The position numbers were made by a program, and so were the translations under genes. 64,000 nucleotides of DNA from NCBI RefSeq assembly GCF_000143415.4, contig NW_003314302.1, forward strand, positions 146,151-210,150, given 5' to 3'. Positions 62,910 to 64,000 of the stretch are shown one piece after another. The notes under the pieces were generated by a model, which ran no database searches, was not told where the DNA came from, and saw only the letters and a program-made list of their open reading frames with translations. This DNA comes from Selaginella moellendorffii. Lineage: Eukaryota; Plantae; Lycopodiophyta. Numbering within the stretch: the first letter of the stretch is position 1; the number at the start of each line of letters is the position of its first letter.

Positions 62910-64000
62910 GATCTCATTGACAATTGGTCATTCTTTAAGTACTACATCAAATTTAGTCACTATAATGTCTTCAAGCTGCCATTTTGTATGGTTAGTATTA
63001 ATATTACAGCAATATAGACAACACCATCTTGAAAATCCTATTTGCTTTTGTTTCCCATGAAAACATGTTACTAAAACAAAAGAAGATTTGTTACTATGGA
63101 TCTAGGCTTAACATTTGCCCCTCGAAAGCATCCCCACACATTTTATATTAGATTATGTTAACATGTGGTGGATTGCTTATTACTTATGGCTCCACATTAT
63201 ATTAAGTGATTTCAACATGTTGCAGCACACTCTCTTTATTATCCACTTGAAGTGGCTTAATCCAGGGGTGGTGTCTTGGTCAACATCATACCTGTGAGAG
63301 CTTTTTGCTCCAAGGTCCATACCAACATATTCACTAGCAAAGGAAAAACAATGCTTTGAGTGAATAGTCTTTATATCATTAATAGAAGCTTGGGGAGTGT
63401 ACTCTATAAATGTATTGTAGATTGCTTAGTTGCCACTTTTTGTGTTGGTGGAGTCACTTTATTCTTTATCTAATCATGTAACATCTCAACCAAAGGTCTT
63501 GCTCTTATGTATCTTCTTTCCTCAAATGCTAAGGCTTTTGAAGACTGTCCTATAGTAGATATCAAGTTTGATAGATATATTTCGTATAGATTTATCTTTC
63601 CTTTCCCTACCTCAAAGGAATGCTAGCTCCAATGCTTACTCTCTAAGAAATTCATAATTGGGGTGTATGCAAAATCCTTAAATGGTTGGTCCTAATTGAA
63701 AAAATGATATTAAAAGGCAATAAAAAGAGAAGAAAAAAGAAAAACCAACCTGAAGAGAATGATGTTCCTATTGGAACATCTTAACTTCCTACCACCCCAA
63801 TTATGACTCAAGTTGTAGCAGACAACTTACATTTGTATGGCCATCTTCATGCCACCACATTCAAATTTCATTTGTTTTTGCCCTTCTTTAGAAGGTGCAA
63901 CCTACCATTGTTTGCACAACTCCTCAAATGTTAATTGGAAATTTAGTTTGATAAAGTGGTAGGACGTAGGGGTGGCGGGAATCCATGGTCTATACATAGT
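62910..64000 (-). mobile_element. Very old gypsy-like gag/pol remnant
   Basis: Weak motif similarity only. Confidence 0.3.

Overview
Eukaryotic land-plant nuclear DNA. The ~50-70 nt GT-AG introns, very tight gene spacing and many PLS/DYW and P-class PPR genes point to the lycophyte Selaginella (inference, not verified). Genes that look intact: a spermidine-synthase-like SAM methyltransferase (5' part, runs off the window), a small spliced ORF made of a Ty1/copia Gag N-terminal domain, an orphan signal-peptide/multi-TM protein, an intronless fungal-type APH-family kinase-like gene, an 811-aa P-class PPR, a RluA pseudouridine synthase, tRNA-Ile(AAT) and an imperfect tRNA-Arg(CCG). Much of the rest is pseudogenes broken by small deletions (ObgC x2, DYW-PPR x2, rhodanese x2, subtilase, F-box, pTAC2-like, PPR fragments), several arising from a direct ~3.4-4 kb duplication (7.5-11.5 kb vs 17.8-21.3 kb) or a large inverted duplication (0-5.6 kb vs 48.7-56.4 kb) with reciprocal gene loss. 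Mobile DNA: a very young non-autonomous LTR element (27898-35820; 1930-bp LTRs, GAGAC TSD) nested in an old gypsy pol, further gypsy and copia relics, an internally deleted Helitron carrying a WEE1-like fragment, and a hAT-like MITE. Best leads: (1) a reconstructable tandem DUF3820/ExoX-C-like domain fused to a PLS-E-DYW editing factor; (2) a duplicated, covarying RNA-structure module with twin tRNA T-arm/B-box hairpins inside the non-coding LTR element; (3) a candidate domesticated, intron-containing copia Gag gene; (4) a candidate fungus-derived APH kinase; (5) a miRNA-like hairpin. All family assignments are from motif recognition by eye; no searches were run.
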